DNA of 64,000 nucleotides from Neoconidiobolus thromboides FSU 785 (Eukaryota; Fungi; Entomophthoromycota): NCBI GenBank assembly GCA_025603075.1, contig MU626276.1, positions 62,001 to 126,000 of the forward strand, read 5' to 3'. Shown piece by piece: positions 61,003 to 64,000 of this stretch (position 1 is its first letter; each line of letters starts with the position of its first letter). The notes under the pieces were generated by a model. It saw only the letters and a program-made list of their open reading frames with translations, ran no database searches and was not told where the DNA came from. The position numbers and the translations under genes were made by a program.

Positions 61003-64000
61003 ATGTCGGGGTATACAAAATTAGCCTCTCTTGCCTTTAAGGCAAATATTCGATCTATACCTAGATCCCGTTTTATTAATGTTTGTTCAAGTAAATTCCA
61101 AACTTATACCAAAGTACAAGCCAAAAATACCACCAGTGACCTTTTTATGGACGGAACAAGTGCTGTGTATGTTGAAGAAATGTACAACTCATGGAGAAAT
61201 GATCCAAACTCGGTTCATCTTTCTTGGCAAATTTACTTTAAAAATATGTCTAATGGTCAATCACCTTCCGCTTCTTATTCAGCCCCACCAACACTTGTAT
61301 CTACTAGTTCAGTAGGAAATTTACCACTCGGTGCTACTTCATCTTCTCCAGAAGTTGTAGATCATTTGAAAATCCAATTACTTGTTAGAGCTTATCAAGT
61401 TCGTGGTCATCATCTTGCTAAACTTGACCCTCTAGGCATTTTATCTCCTACTTTAGATACTCCAATACCTAAAGAATTAGAACTTTCTTATTATAATTTT
61501 ACTGAACAAGATTTAAACAGAGAATTTAATCTTGGTCCAGGAATATTGCCAGGTTTCATGAATGAAAAAACCACTTTAACTTTAAAACAAATCGTAGAAC
61601 ATCTTAAAAATATTTACTGTATTATTTATAATCCTATTTTTTGTTAATATATTAATCATTTTTTTTAACTAGGTTCATCTATCGGATATGAATATCAACA
61701 TATTCCAGATAAAACTCAATGCGATTGGTTAAGAGAACGTATTGAAACCCCAAAACCATTTGAATTTTCAGTTGAAGATAAAAAAATGATACTTGATAGA
61801 TTAGTTTGGTCTGATTCTTTTGAAAGATTTGTTGCAAGCAAATATGTTAGTGAAAAACGTTTTGGGTTAGAAGGTTGTGAAGCTTTAATTCCTGGTATGA
61901 AAGCAATGGTAATATATTATTATAATAATAAAATAAAAATTTTAATGTATTAGATTGATCAAGCTGCTGACCTTGGAACTGAATCTTTTGTGATTGGTAT
62001 GGCTCATCGTGGTCGTTTAAATGTTTTAAGTAACGTTGTTCGTAAACCAAATGAATCCATTTTCTGTGAATTCAGCGGTTCATTAGACCCCTCTGTAGAA
62101 GGTTCTGGTGATGTTAAATACCATCTTGGTATGAATTATGTCCGTCCAACTCCTTCTGGAAAGAGAGTCCATCTTTCCTTAGTCGCCAATCCATCCCATC
62201 TTGAAGCTGTTAATCCAGTTGTTCTCGGTAAAACCAGAGCTATTCAATTTTATAGTGGTGATTTAGAAGAACACAAACGTAGTGTAGGTGTTTTAATTCA
62301 TGGTGATGCTGCTTTTGCAGCTCAAGGTGTTGTTTATGAAACTTTAGGTTTCCATGAACTTCCATCATATACTGTTGGTGGTACAATTCATATAGTCATT
62401 AATAATCAAATCGGTTTTACAACTGATCCACGTTATTCTCGTTCTACTCCATATTGTACTGATATCGCTAAATCTATCAATGCACCAATTTTCCATGTTA
62501 ATGGTGATGATGTTGAAGCAGTCACATTTGTTTGTAAATTAGCAGCCGATTTCCGTCAAACTTTCAAGAAGGATGTTGTTATTGATATTGTATGTTATCG
62601 TAAATATGGCCATAATGAAGTTGATCAGCCCAGTTTCACTCAACCAAGAATGTACAAAACCATTGCTAAACAAAAGCCAGTTTTAGAAAAATATATTGAG
62701 AAACTTTTAAGTGAAAAAACTTTTGATGAAACCTTTGTAAAGGAAAATAAAGAAAAGGTATGGAAAACTTTAGAAGAAAGTTACGCTAAGAGTAAAGATT
62801 ATAAGCCAACAAGTCGTGAATGGCTATCAAGCTCATGGGAAGGCTTCAAATCCCCTAGTGAATTAGCTGTAGAAATTGCACCTGCTCATCCTACTGGTGC
62901 TTCTTTACATTCTTTACGTCAAGTTGGAAAAGCCATTACAACTATTCCTTCTACTTTTAAAGCTCATAACGTTATTAAAAAAATTATTGGTGCACGTCAA
63001 AAGACCATTGAAGAAGAATCAAACATTGACTGGCCAACAGCTGAAGCACTTGCCTTTGGTACCCTTGTTAATGAAGGAACACACGTTAGATTAAGTGGTC
63101 AAGATGTTGAACGTGGAACTTTCTCACATAGACATGCTGTCATCCATGATCAAAACGATGAATCCACTTATACCTCTTTATCTAAAATTTCACCAACACA
63201 AGCACAATTTACTGTCTGTAACTCCTCTTTATCAGAATTCGGAACTTTAGGTTTCGAACTTGGTTATTCTTTAGTTAACCCTAATGCTTTAGTTATGTGG
63301 GAAGCCCAATTTGGTGATTTCGCAAATAATGCCCAATGTATCATTGATCAATTTATTGCTTCAGGTGAAAAGAAATGGTTACAACGTACTGGTTTAACTC
63401 TTCTCCTCCCTCATGGTTATGATGGCCAAGGTCCAGAACATTCAAGTGGACGTTTAGAACGTTTCCTTCAATTAATTGATGAACATCCTTATAAATTCCC
63501 AGAAAATATGGATCGTCAACATCAAGATTGTAACATGCAAATTGTTTACTGTACTACTCCAGCCAATTACTTCCATGCTTTACGTCGTCAAATACATCGT
63601 GATTTCCGTAAGCCTTTGATCTGTTTCAATTCCAAGAATCTTCTTCGTCATCCTTTGGTAAGATCTGAAATGTCTGAAATGTCTGATGGTACTCACTTCC
63701 AACGTGCTATTCCAGAAACATCTAAAGATTTAGTTGCTGATGATAAGATTCGTACCCATGTTTTATGTTCTGGTCAAGTTTATTATACTCTCTTGAAAGC
63801 TAGGGAACAGAACAATGTTAACGATGTTGCTATTACTCGTATTGAACAAATAACTCCATTCCCGTTCGATTTAGTCAAAGAATATTCTGATAAATACCCT
63901 AATGCCGAAATTACTTGGTGTCAAGAAGAACCGCTTAATATGGGAGCTTGGTTCTTTGTTGAGCCAAGAATCAGAACTGCTTTAAAGAAATCAGACCACC
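61003..64000 (+). CDS. KGD1: 2-oxoglutarate dehydrogenase E1 (3' end beyond window)
   Basis: Mitochondrial presequence, [45 protein letters not shown] and [16 protein letters not shown]; two short introns. Confidence 0.97.

Noticed and set aside
12784-64000. ACO2, leuA and KGD1 as a 2-oxoacid metabolic gene cluster
   Set aside because: ACO2 is >40 kb away with unrelated housekeeping genes between; only leuA-KGD1 are adjacent.
1-64000. tRNA, rRNA, CRISPR arrays, autonomous transposase or RT, U12-type introns
   Set aside because: None recognised by eye (no RTATCCTT donors, no regular repeat-spacer arrays); a tRNAscan/Infernal run would be needed to exclude small ncRNAs fully.

Overview
AT-rich eukaryotic nuclear DNA with many short (about 43-65 nt) GT-AG introns. 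The gene set (Rab18, TRA2-like, bacterial/plant-type LeuA, trypsin) points to an early-diverging fungus; a Conidiobolus-like entomophthoralean is my inference, not established. About 24 protein genes are present, mostly housekeeping: TRA2-like RRM, ACO2-type aconitase, CSC1/OSCA channel, PC4/Sub1, SNF8, MED14, trypsin, USP30-like DUB, Ran, TBC RabGAP, H2B, carboxypeptidase Y, EMC4, TVP23, Rab18, LeuA and a 3'-truncated KGD1. No rRNA, tRNA or CRISPR array was seen. Main leads: (1) a tandem family of cysteine-free secreted precursors (two intact genes and one pseudogene) with dibasic sites that would release a conserved cationic C-terminal peptide; (2) 12 intergenic copies of a ~105-bp MITE-like element; (3) a PC4/Sub1 gene whose upstream in-frame ATG encodes a mitochondrial-presequence-like extension; (4) an EMC4 start codon split by an intron; (5) a CAMK-like pseudokinase; (6) a non-Dikarya-type LeuA with a perfect Gcn4 site. 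All calls were made by eye plus the ORF track; exon boundaries are manual and no database search was run.
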